Below the pieces are notes generated by a model. That model ran no database searches and was not told the origin of the DNA. It worked only from the letters and a program-made list of their open reading frames with translations. A stretch of DNA of 63,028 nt, counting the filler, from Ministeria vibrans ATCC 50519 (Eukaryota; Protista; Filasterea): the NCBI GenBank assembly GCA_943704425.1. It is 10 parts of 10 records of this genome, joined end to end, with 100 filler letters (N's around TTAATTAATTAA, not from the genome) between each part and the next. Parts side by side here need not be neighbours in the genome. Positions count along the whole stretch, not along the records: positions 34,634 to 54,510 come from CALSCP010001374.1; 9 more parts are not named here. The stretch is one strand, 5' to 3'. The position numbers and the translations under genes were made by a program. Shown one piece after another: positions 38,159 through 52,951 of this stretch (position 1 is its first letter; every line of letters begins with the position of its first letter).

Positions 38159-38635
38159 GCGCGCGCGCGCAAACGTATATAGTCAAACCTGTACGAGAGT
38201 CGTACGAAACCACTCGATGGCGCAAAAGGACAATCAAAGCAGCGCGCACCTGCACAGGAAGAAAGACGAGTGCAGACTCTGTCACGATAGTATGCACAAC
38301 ACAATGTTTATGTACAACTTCTCCTGGTTACCTCTTGGCACTCAATTCCAAGGTGACGCTGAAGCTCTACCTCGTTGACGGCGCCGAGGCGACAAAGGCC
38401 CTCAAAGACGCGCTGTGACGACGGCAAAAGGAGGAAGGAAACACCCAATTTCATCAGAGACAGTTTTTGTTTTTTGGGGGGCGATAGCGCCAACACAACA
38501 CAAAGAGCGGGCGAGCAGAGTGACCCCAAGCAACGATCACAACATGCGATCCCCCCATTGAGCGGGTACCTGTGGCAGGATGCCAAAATCGTCGCCAACG
38601 ATGCACGCCGCCAGTTTCTCCTCCAACGACGACAT
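34984..38635 (-). CDS. POLR3C: RNA polymerase III subunit RPC3/RPC82, multi-exon
   Basis: MSSLEEKLAACIVGDDFG, VRAALIVLLRHRVV, LRGRFP, KGCLYTLLQAGYVHIQEIPKSTEHLPSNTVHLW. Confidence 0.85.
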
Positions 38636-38864
38636 TCCAGTCTCCAAAGAACGTCGTGTGTGGCACGCCTGTAGGGATGGTGCTGCTGCGTAGCAGGCGA
38701 GTGTGAACTAACTGAATAAACTGAGTCGCACTGCAGTGACTGCACTGAGGTCTGAGGTGACTGAGTGACTGAAAAATCGATCAATCAGCTAAAATGATAA
38801 TGATAAAAAATAAAATAAAATAATAAATATTATTAATTATCATAACTATTATACACTTGCAAAC

Positions 38865-40778
38865 ATGGTAGGTTCACATACATATAACTGTGGGGGGAGG
38901 GGAGGGGCTTTGGCAGTCTATGTGAACATTCCGAGTTGATGTCTGATGTGTGTTTTAGGATGACGGCGAATCACTGAACGATGATTACGGCGAGCAGTTC
39001 CCCCACGACCTTGGGTAAGCGAGGAGGGGGCGGCGGGCGAGGGGAGGGGTATCGTCAAGCGATTCGTTGTCAATGTTCTTCTTTTCTCGTTTTTCACTTT
39101 CCGTTTTTGTCTCTTGGGCTTTGCGCCATTGCCCTCTGCGTCCCTTCCTTCCACCATGGACTGTTGCGTGGGGCACCCGCTGGGAGGTGTTGGTGGAACA
39201 GGCGAGGCGAGCGCTGCTTTTGAGGCTGTGACCATATTTTGTCGTTGAAGCGCTCAGAAACGCAGAAACACACTCAAACTGTGCTTACTGTCCGTTGTTT
39301 TGTTCTCCAGGTACGGCGAGGAAGGAACTGTAGTGCCAACGTCGGCGAATGGCACGGAAAACCGGCCGCGTATTCTCTTAATGGGTTTGCGAAGGTACAC
39401 CACACACTCTGCGAGACGAAGCGCCTTTCCTAACCCTAACCCTAACGACCCTTTTTTTTCTTTTTTTTTCTGCATCTGCAGAAGCGGAAAGTCTTCCATT
39501 CAAAAGGTTGTCTTCCATAAGATGTCACCAAATGAGACACTCTTCCTGGAGAGCACAAGCAAAGTTGTCAAGAACGGTCAGAAGGGACACCCGATAAAAT
39601 GACATTTCTGATACCCCTCTGTTTTTGTGCTTCAGATGTCTCGAACAGTTCCTTTGTGCAGTTTCAAATATGGGATTTTCCGGGACAAGTGGACTTTTTC
39701 GATCCGGCGTTTGACTCAAACATGATCTTTGGCGGATGTGGTGCGCTCGTCTTTGTCATTGACGCGCAGGTCAGAGAGCCGCACTGTGTGTGTGTGTGTA
39801 TGTGAGAGAGAGTGTGTGAGTGAGTGTGTACGTGTGCGCGCGTGTGTGTGTATTTATGTGACTTAGTACGCTTTCTGTGTGCTTGTGTGTGTTGACTTGA
39901 CTTGTTTAGGATGATATTGTTGAAGCACTGAACAAACTGCACATCACAGTCTGCAAAGCATACAAAGTACAGACCAAAATCATGAAAAGGAGAGAGTCAT
40001 TGAGTCATTGTGTGTTTTACTAACAATCCCTTGTTTAGGTGAATCCCAAAATCACATTTGAAGTGCTGATTCACAAAGTGGATGGACTTTCAGACGACAG
40101 TAAAATCGGTAATAGAACACGGAATGGATAACAACAGAAGAGTGATTGAGTTAATATTTATATACTGTTGAGTAGAGATTCAACAGGAGATTTACCAACG
40201 CGCAACGGATGAGCTCAATGAAGTGGGTTTAACACAGGTCCGTATTGTGTCATAAGAGAGAGTGTGTATCATCACGCTCACTTGACTTTCACTTTTTTTT
40301 GTCTCCGAGTCCTCTCTGTTTCTCTCTACTACGTTGTCTTTATCATTTATGTGTCTTTCTTCCTCCTCTCTCTCTCTCTATCACTTTGTTTTTTTTCTCC
40401 CTCCTCTTTCTCTATCATATATCTCTTTCTCTCACTCTGCTTCTCTTCTCTCTGTGCCTGTGCGTCTTACTCTAACTCCTACCCTTACCCTCTCTCTCTC
40501 TCCAATTAGGTTCATCTGTCGTTCTACCTGACATCCATCTACGATCACTCGATCTTTGAAGCATTCAGCAAGGTCGTTCAGAAGCTCATCCACCAACTGC
40601 CAACTCTCGAGAATCTCCTCAACGTCCTCATTTCCACCAGTGCCATTGACAAGGCCTTTCTCTTTGACGTCGTTTCCAAGATCTACATTGCCACAGACTC
40701 GTCCCCAGTCGATATGCAGAGCTATGAGCTCTGTTCTGACATGATTGATGTTGTCATTGACATTTCCTGCATTTACGG
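38865..40778 (+). CDS. RRAGC: Rag C/D GTPase (Gtr2); C-terminal exons missing
   Basis: [80 protein letters not shown]. Confidence 0.93.
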
Positions 40779-41147
40779 GTAACTTTTTTTCGTTCTTTCT
40801 TCTCCGTCTTTTTTTCCTCTCTTTTCTCTCTCTTTTTCTTTGCGTTTTCTCTCTTTCTTTTTCTCCTTCTTTTTCTCCAGCTTTTTCTCTGTTTTTCTTT
40901 CTCTTTCTTTGTCTCTATTTTATCATTGACAATGTGTGTGTCTCGCAATCAAGTCTGTCGAATTGTCTGTCGTTCCCTCTTAACTACTGCTGATTGCGTG
41001 CAGTTTCTCCTCATTCATTCACACACACACACACATGCACACGCTCACCTTCTCTCTCTCTTTCTATTACTTTGTTTCTCTCTCTCTTTCTCTCTCTTTC
41101 TGTCTCTTTCTGTCACTTTCTCTCTCTCTCTCTCTCTATCACTTTGT

Positions 41148-41246
<99 letters not shown>

Positions 41247-41304
41247 ACTTTGTTTCTCTCTCCTTTCTCTCTCTCTGTATTTCTCACCGTTTTATGCGTC
41301 TCAG

Positions 41305-41821
41305 ACTGCGCGTTCGCTGGCCAAGCATGTTCCCACCTACCTCTACAAGTACCGTCATGCCTTCTCTTTTGCCGCCGGTTGGAGTCCCAAGTTTCTCGAG
41401 TGCTACTACCGCGTGTGCCACGGAAGTAATCCTCTTCCCCTCTTTCTCATCTTTACTCACTTAACATTGGCTTTCCCTCTCTCTTTGTACGTTCTAGGCG
41501 AACTTCCCATTCTGTACAAGACTGCGCATCGCAAAAACTTTGAGCCGACTGCGGACGAGAACCGACTCTCAGACCAACTGGAGCAGTTTTGGGCTCACTT
41601 CGCCAAGGGAGCGACGGGCGATATGCCGCCACTGGCACCATCCACTGTGCACTGGCCACGATACGCAGAGGCCCATGATCAGCTGGTATGCAAACACAAA
41701 CACGCATGTATACATACGTCATACATATATACATACAATACATATATGCATTCAATACAAATATGCATTTAATACATATATGCATTACACTAACACGATC
41801 ATACTACTAATAATTACAATT

Positions 41822-41875
<54 letters not shown>

Positions 41876-42071
41876 TAAGTAATAATAATAATAATGATAA
41901 TTATACATTCAAGCACCGACTTGGCAGAGTGAAATCGAACAAGCGAACAATGATCTCACTGTTTTTCCTCTCCTTTAGATCGAATTGGGGACGCCAGACA
42001 ACCGCATTGCAGCACATTACAACCAAGAGAAATGCGATATGTGGGACAAGATTGGCTACCTGAAGTTCTGA
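41305..42071 (+). CDS. Type-B carboxylesterase, last three exons only
   Basis: PTYLYKY, VCHGSELP (catalytic His), FWAHFAKG, WPRY, CDMWD. Confidence 0.85.
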
Positions 42072-42135
42072 CTCGAAATTAGAAATAATACAAGCTGCTA
42101 CACATGCATGACGCACAAGTACAAATAAAATTGTC

Positions 42136-42785
42136 TCAACGACCCAAGGTTTGCACAACGGCTCCCTCAAAGACAGTGGCGAGCCAGCTTTGTGTGACAT
42201 TATTCGCCGAGGTGCCAGAGACGAGCGCAGTGAACGGGAAAAGACTAATGAGCGCAACGCCCGACGCGAAGTCAGCATGTGCTGTGCCCGTCTGGTGGAA
42301 TGTAATTGGAGTGTTGCTTGAGCCTAGTAGAACGGCAGTGAAAACATCCTGCGCACCAAAGCTGTTGGCGTCCGTGAAAGTCCCGTTGGTCGTCCCAGCG
42401 CCAACGAGAAGTGTGGATATGGCCGTGAGGCTCGTCAGGTCGTCATCGCCACTCGTTGCAACCCGAAAGATGCTATCCTGTACTCCTACAAACAAAAAGG
42501 CATCACATAGTGTTAAAGAGTGGAGCGTCCGTCAGTTGAGGTATCTACCTTCCAAGTTGGTCGTAAAAATATAACTGTCGAGTCCCCCGAGATGCGTAAA
42601 GGGAAAGACAGAGCCAAAAGTTGTCAAGGCCAATGCAAAACCAGTCTTGTACTTAACGATGCTTTTCAGACGCGCTACACAAGTAGGAAAGAGAAATGAA
42701 AATGAAAAAAATGTGTGAGAGACGGAGGGTGAGAATGAGAGAGAATAAAAATGCGTAAGAGAGCACAGCTCAAACACGCATTTTG

Positions 42786-42837
<52 letters not shown>

Positions 42838-45800
42838 CACTCAATCACATTTCATACACACAATCACGCTCATGCCAAACTCACTCTCACTCCCACTCAA
42901 TCAAACACTCTCATGTCGTACAATCAGCACCGGATGTGGAGAAATCGGAAGTGGCATGCGTATTGGTGGTAAAGAACGTATCGAGGTCAAACAGGACGAG
43001 CACTCCTGAAAGGTTCGTCGGTTCGAAAGATCTCCCCAAAAACTGCTCACAACGCACCTCACCCGCTACTCCCAACACGGAGCCGCCAGCTGCCGCACCA
43101 ACCGCCACAGAATTGACTGCTCGGCAGCACAATAGTTTTAGTGGGAAGAAACGTACACACTCACTCACTAACACAATCATAGTGTCACTTACACTGTGCA
43201 GTAGCATCGAGTCCAGTCGGCGCATACACCTTAATATCCAGCTGTGTGCCGGCGCTTGCGTCCACCACCCACACCATCGCCTCATCGTGCACCTCCCCCG
43301 TCTCATTCACCCGAGTTCTCCCCTATGAACACGATTCTTTCACACACACTTACACACACAACACACCCTTGACAAGACGTACGACTGCGTAAAGATAGTT
43401 GGTGCTTGAATGCAACGCGATTCCAGTCAAAAAGTCGTCCCTCGCACTTCCCCCCTGCGCAACCCACGCAATTACGCCCGTCGCAATCCTCACAGATAAT
43501 ACCACCTTACAAACATCATAAATTATTATTCTCTTCCACATCCCCAATAACACAGTGTCTCATTTCGCCGTAGCTTCTTACCATGTCCCAACCGTTGACG
43601 TGACCCACAGGGCTCATGTCGCCTTGTGTCGACCCCGCAACGTACGCAACAGCGCCTGAAATGACCACAGCAGTGGCAATATCGTTCTCGGCTGTGCCCG
43701 TCTGTACAGTCCACGCAACGGTTCCCCCTAACGACAGACGCACCATGATTATGTCCGTGCCTCCAAGAGCCGTCTGACCATTCACACTGCCATCTGCCGT
43801 GCCAACTGCCACCGCAAATTGTGAACCCGCGGCAATCGCAGTAAATGTTGCACCGCCTGGCACAGAGGCAAACTGGCGTGGGAATGACACATCGAGCGCA
43901 CAATCGTCGCCAGAAAACCCTTCCGTGCACACGCAGCCCAGCCCAGCAACGCACGAGCCGCCATTGAGACAAGGACTACTTGTACACTTGTCCACGGCGT
44001 CGCAAGTGGTGCCGGTAAAGCCCGACGCACACACACACACCACCGAATTGATGCCGTCGAGACACGTCGCGCCGTTCTGGCACACCGCCACACAATCGTT
44101 GACGTTGGCCGTGCACATCGTTCCAGTATAGCCCGTGCTGCCACAGTCACAGGAAAACCCGCCAATGGCATCCTGACAGGTGCCTCCGTGTTGACATGGC
44201 GACGAGAGACACTCGTCTATGTCGGTGGTGCACAGGGTCCCACTGTAGCCATCGACACAGGTGCAGGAAAAGCCATCTACTTCGTCGACGCACGTCGCAC
44301 CATTGTGACAGGGAATCGACACGCACTCATTGACATTGGCCGTGCATAGTGTTCCTGTGTAGCCTGTGCTGCCACAGTCACAGGAAAACCCGCCAATGGC
44401 ATCCTGACAGGTGCCTCCGTGTTGACATGGCGACGAGAGACACTCATCTATGTCGGTGGTGCACAGGGTCCCACTGTAGCCATCGACACAGGTGCAGGAA
44501 AAGCCATCTACTTCGTCGACGCACGTCGCACCATTGTGGCAGGGACTTGACACGCACTCGTTGATCTCTATCGCACACCCTTGTCCTGTGAATCCCGCCA
44601 CACACGCGCACTGATAGCCATTAAGCCCCTCATCGCAAGAGCCACCGTTTTGACAGGGACTCGAAGCGCATTCTATCACAGCACTCTCGCACACATTGCC
44701 TGTGTAGCCAATTGCACACGCACACGAGAAGCTATCGAGGCCCTCGACACACGTTGCACTGTTGTGGCACGGACTCGAAGCGCACTCGAGCACTTCACTC
44801 TCGCACGCAAAGCCGGTAAAGCCACTGGAACACAGGCAGTCGTAGTTGGCAACACTATCGACACACGTTGCTCCATTAGGACACGGGCTCGACGCACACT
44901 CGTTCACTTGCAATACACACACTCGTCCTGTGAATCCCACCGCACACGTACACGCATAGCCATCGGTGTCGTCAATGCACGTCCCGCTGTTCTGGCACGG
45001 AGACGACGCACACTCATCGAGGTTGACGGAACACAGAGTACCTGAGAAACCCAGCGAACACGAGCATGTAAAGGAACCAAAACCATCAATACATGCCCCA
45101 CCGTTCTGACACGGAGACGAAGCACACTCGTCAATATTCTCTGCACAGTGGTCACCCTCAAACCCGCCGGCACAGATGCAATCGTAGCCACCAATGAGAT
45201 CGTTACATCCTCCGCTGTTCTGGCACGGAGACGAAGCACACTCGTCAATATTCTCTGCACAGTGGTCACCCTCAAACCCGCCGGCACAGATGCAATCGTA
45301 GCCACCAATGAGATCGTTACATCCTCCGCTGTTCTGGCACGGAGACGACGCACACTCGTCAATATTCTCTGCACAGTGGTCACCCTCAAACCCGCCGGCA
45401 CAGATGCAATCGTAGCCACCAATGAGATCGTTACATCCTCCGCTGTTCTGGCACGGAGACGAAGCACACTCGTCAATATTCTCTGCACAGTGGTCACCCT
45501 CAAACCCGCCGGCACAGATGCAATCGTAGCCACCAATGAGATCGTTACATCCTCCGCTGTTCTGGCACGGAGACGACGCACACTCGTTAACGTCAATCTC
45601 GCACATGTGTCCCGTATATCCTAAAGAGCAGGCGCATGTGAAGGTGCCACTGCTTTCGGAACAGGTCCCGTCGTTGAGACACGGCGTCGACGCGCAACGG
45701 AGCAGCAGCACATCGCATTCGCGTCCAACCCAGTCAGGCGTGCACGTGCAGTCGGGCCCGCCATTGAGCGAGCCGGGGTTGCATGTGGCGCCATTTTGAC

Positions 45801-46146
45801 AGGGCGACGAGGGGTAACAGAGGTCTTGGACGGCGCACAGCTCGCCCATAAATCCCGGAGGGCATTGGCAAGAAAAACTTCCCTTCGCCACACCACGTTG
45901 GCAAGTTCCTCCGTTGCGGCAAGGCAATGAAACACATGGAAAATTGGTGTGTATCACGTGGGCGACAATCGTGTCCATCGAGAGGCCGCCAATGGTCAGG
46001 TTGGGCGTGCTGAAAATGACATCTTCGCCGCGCAACATCAAACTGCCTTGTTCGACGCCACCCCCAATCGATGCCTGTGAGGGCGCTGAAACAATCGGTG
46101 CGATCAGACACCACACACCCAACAAGAGTCCAATCAGGGTTGACAT
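42136..46146 (-). CDS. Secreted protein with ~18 Notch/fibropellin-type EGF repeats and a C-terminal beta-propeller-like region
   Basis: Signal peptide; DECASSPCQNGG.C repeats; GGTDIIMVRLS..G...WTVQTGTAENDIA, YVAGST, GDDDL motifs; no obvious TM. Confidence 0.88.
45135..45590. repeat. 4 x 114-bp near-identical EGF tandem repeats (plus a 2 x ~231-bp duplication at ~44100-44560)
   Basis: Seen directly. Confidence 0.9.
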
Positions 46147-46270
46147 GAGGTCAAGATACAAGAAAAATTGAAATTCGATTTCAGATTGAATTTTGGCATT
46201 TTGCACTAATTCTGAAGGAATGGGATTTATGGGAAATGGAATTTCATTTGTTCTTGTTTTGTTTCGTTCT

Positions 46271-48378
46271 TCACATGGGAGGCTGGGGGCGCATCATTTG
46301 CTGTGGATAAGGGTTGGGATGTGCTTGGGCTTGAGGTTGAGTCTGAGGCTGAGGTTGCGGTCGCGGCTGGGGTGGCTGAGGCTGAGCCGGCTGCGGCGGC
46401 TGAGGAGGCATCGTGGAGGGAAAACCAAAGGCCTGTGGGGGCATCTGCTGGAACTGAGGGTTGACGGGAGATGCAAACATGGGTGGCTGCTGTTGATGTT
46501 GTTGTTGTTGTTGTTGCTGCTGCTGCTGTTGCTGCTGTAGCTGCTGGTGTTGTTGTTGCTGTTGAGCAAAGAAATGTTGTTGTTGTTGCTGCTGGAACAT
46601 GTCGAAGGAGAGGTGAGGCGGCGGCTGAAAGACAGGCGGAGCAAATTGCTGAAAAGACGGGTGTGATTGGTGTTGCTGCTGCTGCTGAAAGTGTGGTTGT
46701 GAGAGCTGCTGCTGTTGCTGCTGGTGGTGGGGATGTTGCGGATGGTGAGAGTGGTGGTGGTGATGGTGCTGCTGCTGCTGCTGCTGTTGCTGCTGATACG
46801 GAGGAAGCACAGCCGCCGCAACAGCCGCTGCAATAGCCGGGTTTGGAACTGGCAGGCCGGCCGGAGGCGTTGCAAGGAAGGTCGGACGGAACTCGGCCGC
46901 AGCAGGATTCAGCTTGAGCTTGGTCTTCTCTTTCTCCGTCTCAATCGCCTTACTCGCTCCCTCCTGTACCACATCCTTCTTTACCTCCATATCCGTCTCC
47001 TCCTTTTCCTTCTCCTTTTCCGTTTCAAGCTCTTTCTCCTTCTCTACCTTTGGTTCTTCCGTCTTCTCCGTCTTCTCTTCCTTCTCCGTCTTCTCTGTCT
47101 TCTCTTCCTTCTCCATCTTCTCCGTCTTCTCCGTCTTCTCCTCCTTCTCCTCCTTCTCCTCTAACTCGACCTTCTTGGCTGCCCCTTTGCCCTGTGCCTT
47201 GCCGCGCAACGCCGGTGGTACATACTTCGACCCGGCAGCCGCAACAGGGACCCGCTGTGCCGACGAGTACATGTCCTCCTCATCGAGTGCAACTGTCACG
47301 CGCTGTCCGCGCTCCTCCGCCAAATGCACATTCCCACCCGCCGATTCCCGCTGAATCTCGTCCGCCAATCGCTGTGCTTCCCGGTCCCGCTCGCGCCCTG
47401 CCTCCGACGACAGGTCGTTCTCCAGTCGTGTGGTGTAGATGTTCTCGTCAAACGTCGACGACACTTTAAACTTCTTCTCGTGCAGCCGAAACATCTCCTC
47501 GGCACTCCAACGAGTCTTGCCCGAGCCACCGTCCAGCGACATATCCATAAGCCCACCACCAACACCGCTGCTACCACCACCACCACCACCATCACTCGCG
47601 CCTGGCGACTTAGCAGTGCCGCTGTCGTCCGCCTGCCACGGTGTGAGCTGCCGCTGGTGCTTGTCGTTGCGCGTACGACTAATGTCAGTGTCAGTGCGAA
47701 ACGCCTCGTTCGTGTGTCCTGCCCCCGTCCCACTGCCGCTGTTGCCTGTCGAAGATCTCGCGTTCACCGCAAAGTTACAATCGACCTTCTCCGCAACAAT
47801 CTTTGGTCGTAAAAGAAACACAGACGGAAAAAAAAGAAGAAAAAAAATATTATTCTTGTTGCGCGTTTCGTTTTCGCACAATTGACGCACCTGCACAAGG
47901 TCTTCGGGGGACACGACCAACTCGGTAATGTACTTGCCCACACACGCGTCCGATGGGACTCCCTAAACCGCATGAAACAGTCGGGTTTTCGAGTGAGGAG
48001 AGAGTTTAAGAAGAAAAAAAAAATCAAAGGGACGAACAAACGGGTGAAGTGAACGAAATACAGAGCTTCAAGCGGCATTCACCGATAAAGATGGTCTACT
48101 GTGCGGATGATCACGCACACGAGACAGCGGTCACTTACGGGGGTGCCTTGGGGAGCCAGTGTGCGCGCCATAAGAAGCGTAACGCCAAGACCCTTTTTGC
48201 CATTCATATTCAGCGACTGGAAGAGACCGGCGTAGCGGACGCCCGACCGGGTGTGCACATGAACGCGCAGGCCAACGAGATTGGCGCCGATAAAGAGGAG
48301 GCGGTCTTGGGAGAGGTCCTTGGACGATCGCTTTGAGATGGGGTTGCCTGACTTCCACGCCCCCGTTGCGTCCTGCAT
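46271..48378 (-). CDS. ATXN2: Ataxin-2/Pbp1-like protein
   Basis: LSm (LVGLRVHVHTRSGVRYAGLF), FRTDTDIS, LsmAD (MFRLHEKKFKVSSTFDENIYTT, HLAEERG, DEEDMYS), PAM2 KLNPAAAEFRP, polyQ. Confidence 0.92.
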
Positions 48379-48417
48379 GGTCCAAGCGATGAGAGAAGAG
48401 GGGAGGGGGGGGGGGGG

Positions 48418-48462
<45 letters not shown>

Positions 48463-48636
48463 TGCTCAGTGTGTGAGTGAGTGAACACTGAACAGCAACT
48501 CCGGAGGCAGATGGACGCCAAAGGCTCAAGATGAGTGAATTGATTCAATTTTCCTATCTTCTCGATCAAACCCCATTTCGGCATTTCCACTGGCCTCTCT
48601 TTTTTTTACATCCTCTTAACGCACACCACATTCATC

Positions 48637-50063
48637 ATGGCCAAGGAAAAGCCCTGCATGCACTTTGTCGAGCACATCACCGACGACATGTACATCACGA
48701 CGGTGCTCAAAAAACTCACGTTCCAGGTACACATGTCGAAAGCGAAAGGAATCCCGTGCACGCTGCGTGTACTGCTTGCTGTGTACTCCTGCGGCGGGTT
48801 CATTTCCAACGAATCCGGCACGTTTCCAGGGCAACACGCGTCGCGACAATAAAAAATATGCATTCGATCATTTTTGACCTCGCTTTTTTTTCTCTCTCTT
48901 TCTTGCTCCCTCGTTACGTTTAGGGCAAGTCGAAGTTTCAGGATGTACAGGTAAGATTGAATAAGTCTTCTGATGAGAGTGTGCGCCTTTCGGCTCTGAC
49001 GGAAATGCTGTTTTGGTGTCTTTTCGGCAGATTGTCGAAACTGCGCCGCACGGAAAGATGCTTGTGCTGGACCACCACACGCAGAGCGCGGCTCTGGACG
49101 AGGCCAACTACCACGAGTCGCTGGTGCACCCCGCGATGATGTCGCACCCGTGCCCGAGAACGGTCTTTATCGGCGGTGGCGGCGAAGGCGCAACGGCACG
49201 CGAAATCCTCAAGCACTCGTCAGTGGAGCGTGTCGTCATGGTCGACATTGACGAGGAGGTGTGCAAGATTTGCCAGGTACAGATGCCTGAGTGGGGCGAT
49301 GGTGCGTGGGAGGACAAGCGCTTTGAGGTGTTCTACGAGGATGCCAAAGCGTGGCTCGAGAACACGACGGAGAAGTTTGACGTGATCATCATGGACATTA
49401 GCGATCCGATCGAGGCCGGCCCCGGATGGCTCCTCTACACGCAAGAGTTCTACACGGTACAATAGAGAGAGAGAGAGAGAGGAGGGAGCGAGAAAGAAAC
49501 AAAGAGTGATGAGAGGAGGGAAAAGAGGTGTGTGTGTGTGTGTGTGTGTCTGAGTAACACTTGTGTCCTTTTGTTTTCAGACGACAGTGAAGAAGTGTCT
49601 GGGTGACAACGGAGTGTTTGTGACGCAGTCGGGTGCTGGCTCGGTTATGCAGCTCGAAGAGACCTTCTCCGTCCTTGCTAAGACCCTTCGCGCCTCTTTT
49701 GATGGTACAGTGCAGGGCAAACAGTCATACACAATACCACACACCGTCTCACACGCTCGTTCCTTTTTTTATTATTATTCCTTAGGTGTGTATGGATATG
49801 TCTCGGAGGTGCCGAGTTTTGGCGACCCGTGGGGCTTCCACATGTGCTGGAACGGCACAGTGCCGACACTGCTCACGCCGTCAACGGACATTGACGAGAT
49901 TGACGCGCGCATCCAACAGCGCCTGGGCGACAAGGCCGCCTCTCTCAAGTACTACGACGGCATCACCCACCGTCACATTTTCCATCTCTCCAAGCCTCTG
50001 CGCGCCTGCATCGAGAAGGAGCAGCGCATCTTCACCGAATCCAACCCCATCTACATGTTCTAA
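48637..50063 (+). CDS. Polyamine aminopropyltransferase, ACL5/thermospermine-synthase-like
   Basis: YHESLVHPAM, FIGGGGEGATAREIL, MDISDPIEAGP..LYTQEFY, VPSFGDPWG, YYDGITH. Confidence 0.88.
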
Positions 50064-50274
50064 AGTGAAACTTCATTCACAACACAAAAGTTCAGATAGA
50101 AAAGATAGATCGCATCTTTATTCTTTACCGAATCCCCAATTTCCCATATACGTGTAACGTGTTCTAAACCAATTGACTCGATCAACCATTAGGAAAGCCG
50201 CAACTCGAAAGATCAAAAATTATTTTTCAGGTTTTTTTTACATTTCCTTCACCACATATCACACAATACACAAA

Positions 50275-51833
<1,559 letters not shown>

Positions 51834-52124
51834 TTTCTTTTTTTTTTCTCCTCTTTTCTTTGCAACAATGAACCACTCTACAACAACAACAAAAATACTA
51901 ATAACAAGAGCAATAATAGTTACTATTATACATAAGCATTAGTTTAGCTCGTGATAAAGTATGATGATCAATTAATAATAATTATTATTGTCCAACGATC
52001 AAGGGATCTTTGTTACTAAAATAATATAATTATAATAATAATTATTAATAATAATTATTATACTAAATTAATTAAAATTAACTTTTTTGCCAATTATTTT
52101 TTTTCCTCACCTTTCTCTGTTGCA

Positions 52125-52911
52125 ATGTCATCAATGCAACAGCAGGAGCCAATGCCACAGGCGCAGCTGACGCCTAAAGCACGAAGCTACCCAAAATGCT
52201 TTGAGAATCTCATGATTGCTCCATCCTCGAAAAGTCCCCTGTCGCGTCCTTCCAACGGCGCCGCGCTTGCATCCCTGACCAATCCATCGCTTAAGACATC
52301 CGTGACGGCGCAGATCCCGTCCGCAGCGGCTATCGATGCAGCTGGCGCAGCGACGTTGGCTCGGCAGCTACGCTCGCAACCCCCACGCACGCAAAACAAG
52401 GAAGGTAAATGCCACTCCGTTCTTTTCAAAGAACTCAGCGCATAATTATTAGTGATAGTAGGCAAAGAGCAATGCTTTATTTCATTGAAACGACGATTAT
52501 TTTCGTTTATGATTTTTTCCTCTACGTTTTCGTCGCAAAAATGCTCATCGCTTTTTTCTTCTACTTTTTCGTCACAAAAATGCTCATCCGCTTTTTATCA
52601 GGTCTTTCTACCGGCATGCGTACACCTCTAACGACCTACACAGCTTCTAAGGCACCCATGGTGCAGACAAAGGAGTTGACTCAGCATCAGCATCAGCAGC
52701 AACTGAGCGTCTCGTCGCGCACCGACCAGTTCAACGCTCTGCAAGATGGCGTCGACCGAGTTCTCGAAACGGGACGTGTTGCTCAAGTACGAACCCGGCA
52801 ACGGTTGATAGCGTACGCATGCAAGCTAAAACACTCTTTTAATGTATATTTCCGTGGTATTGCTTGCTTGGTTTGCTAGGAAAAGCTCGCAGTGGCGGTA
52901 TGAAGAAAAAT

Positions 52912-52951
<40 letters not shown>

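Noticed and set aside
44349-47885. Long opposite-strand ORFs over the EGF and ataxin-2 genes
   Set aside because: Shadow frames of repetitive GC-rich coding sequence.
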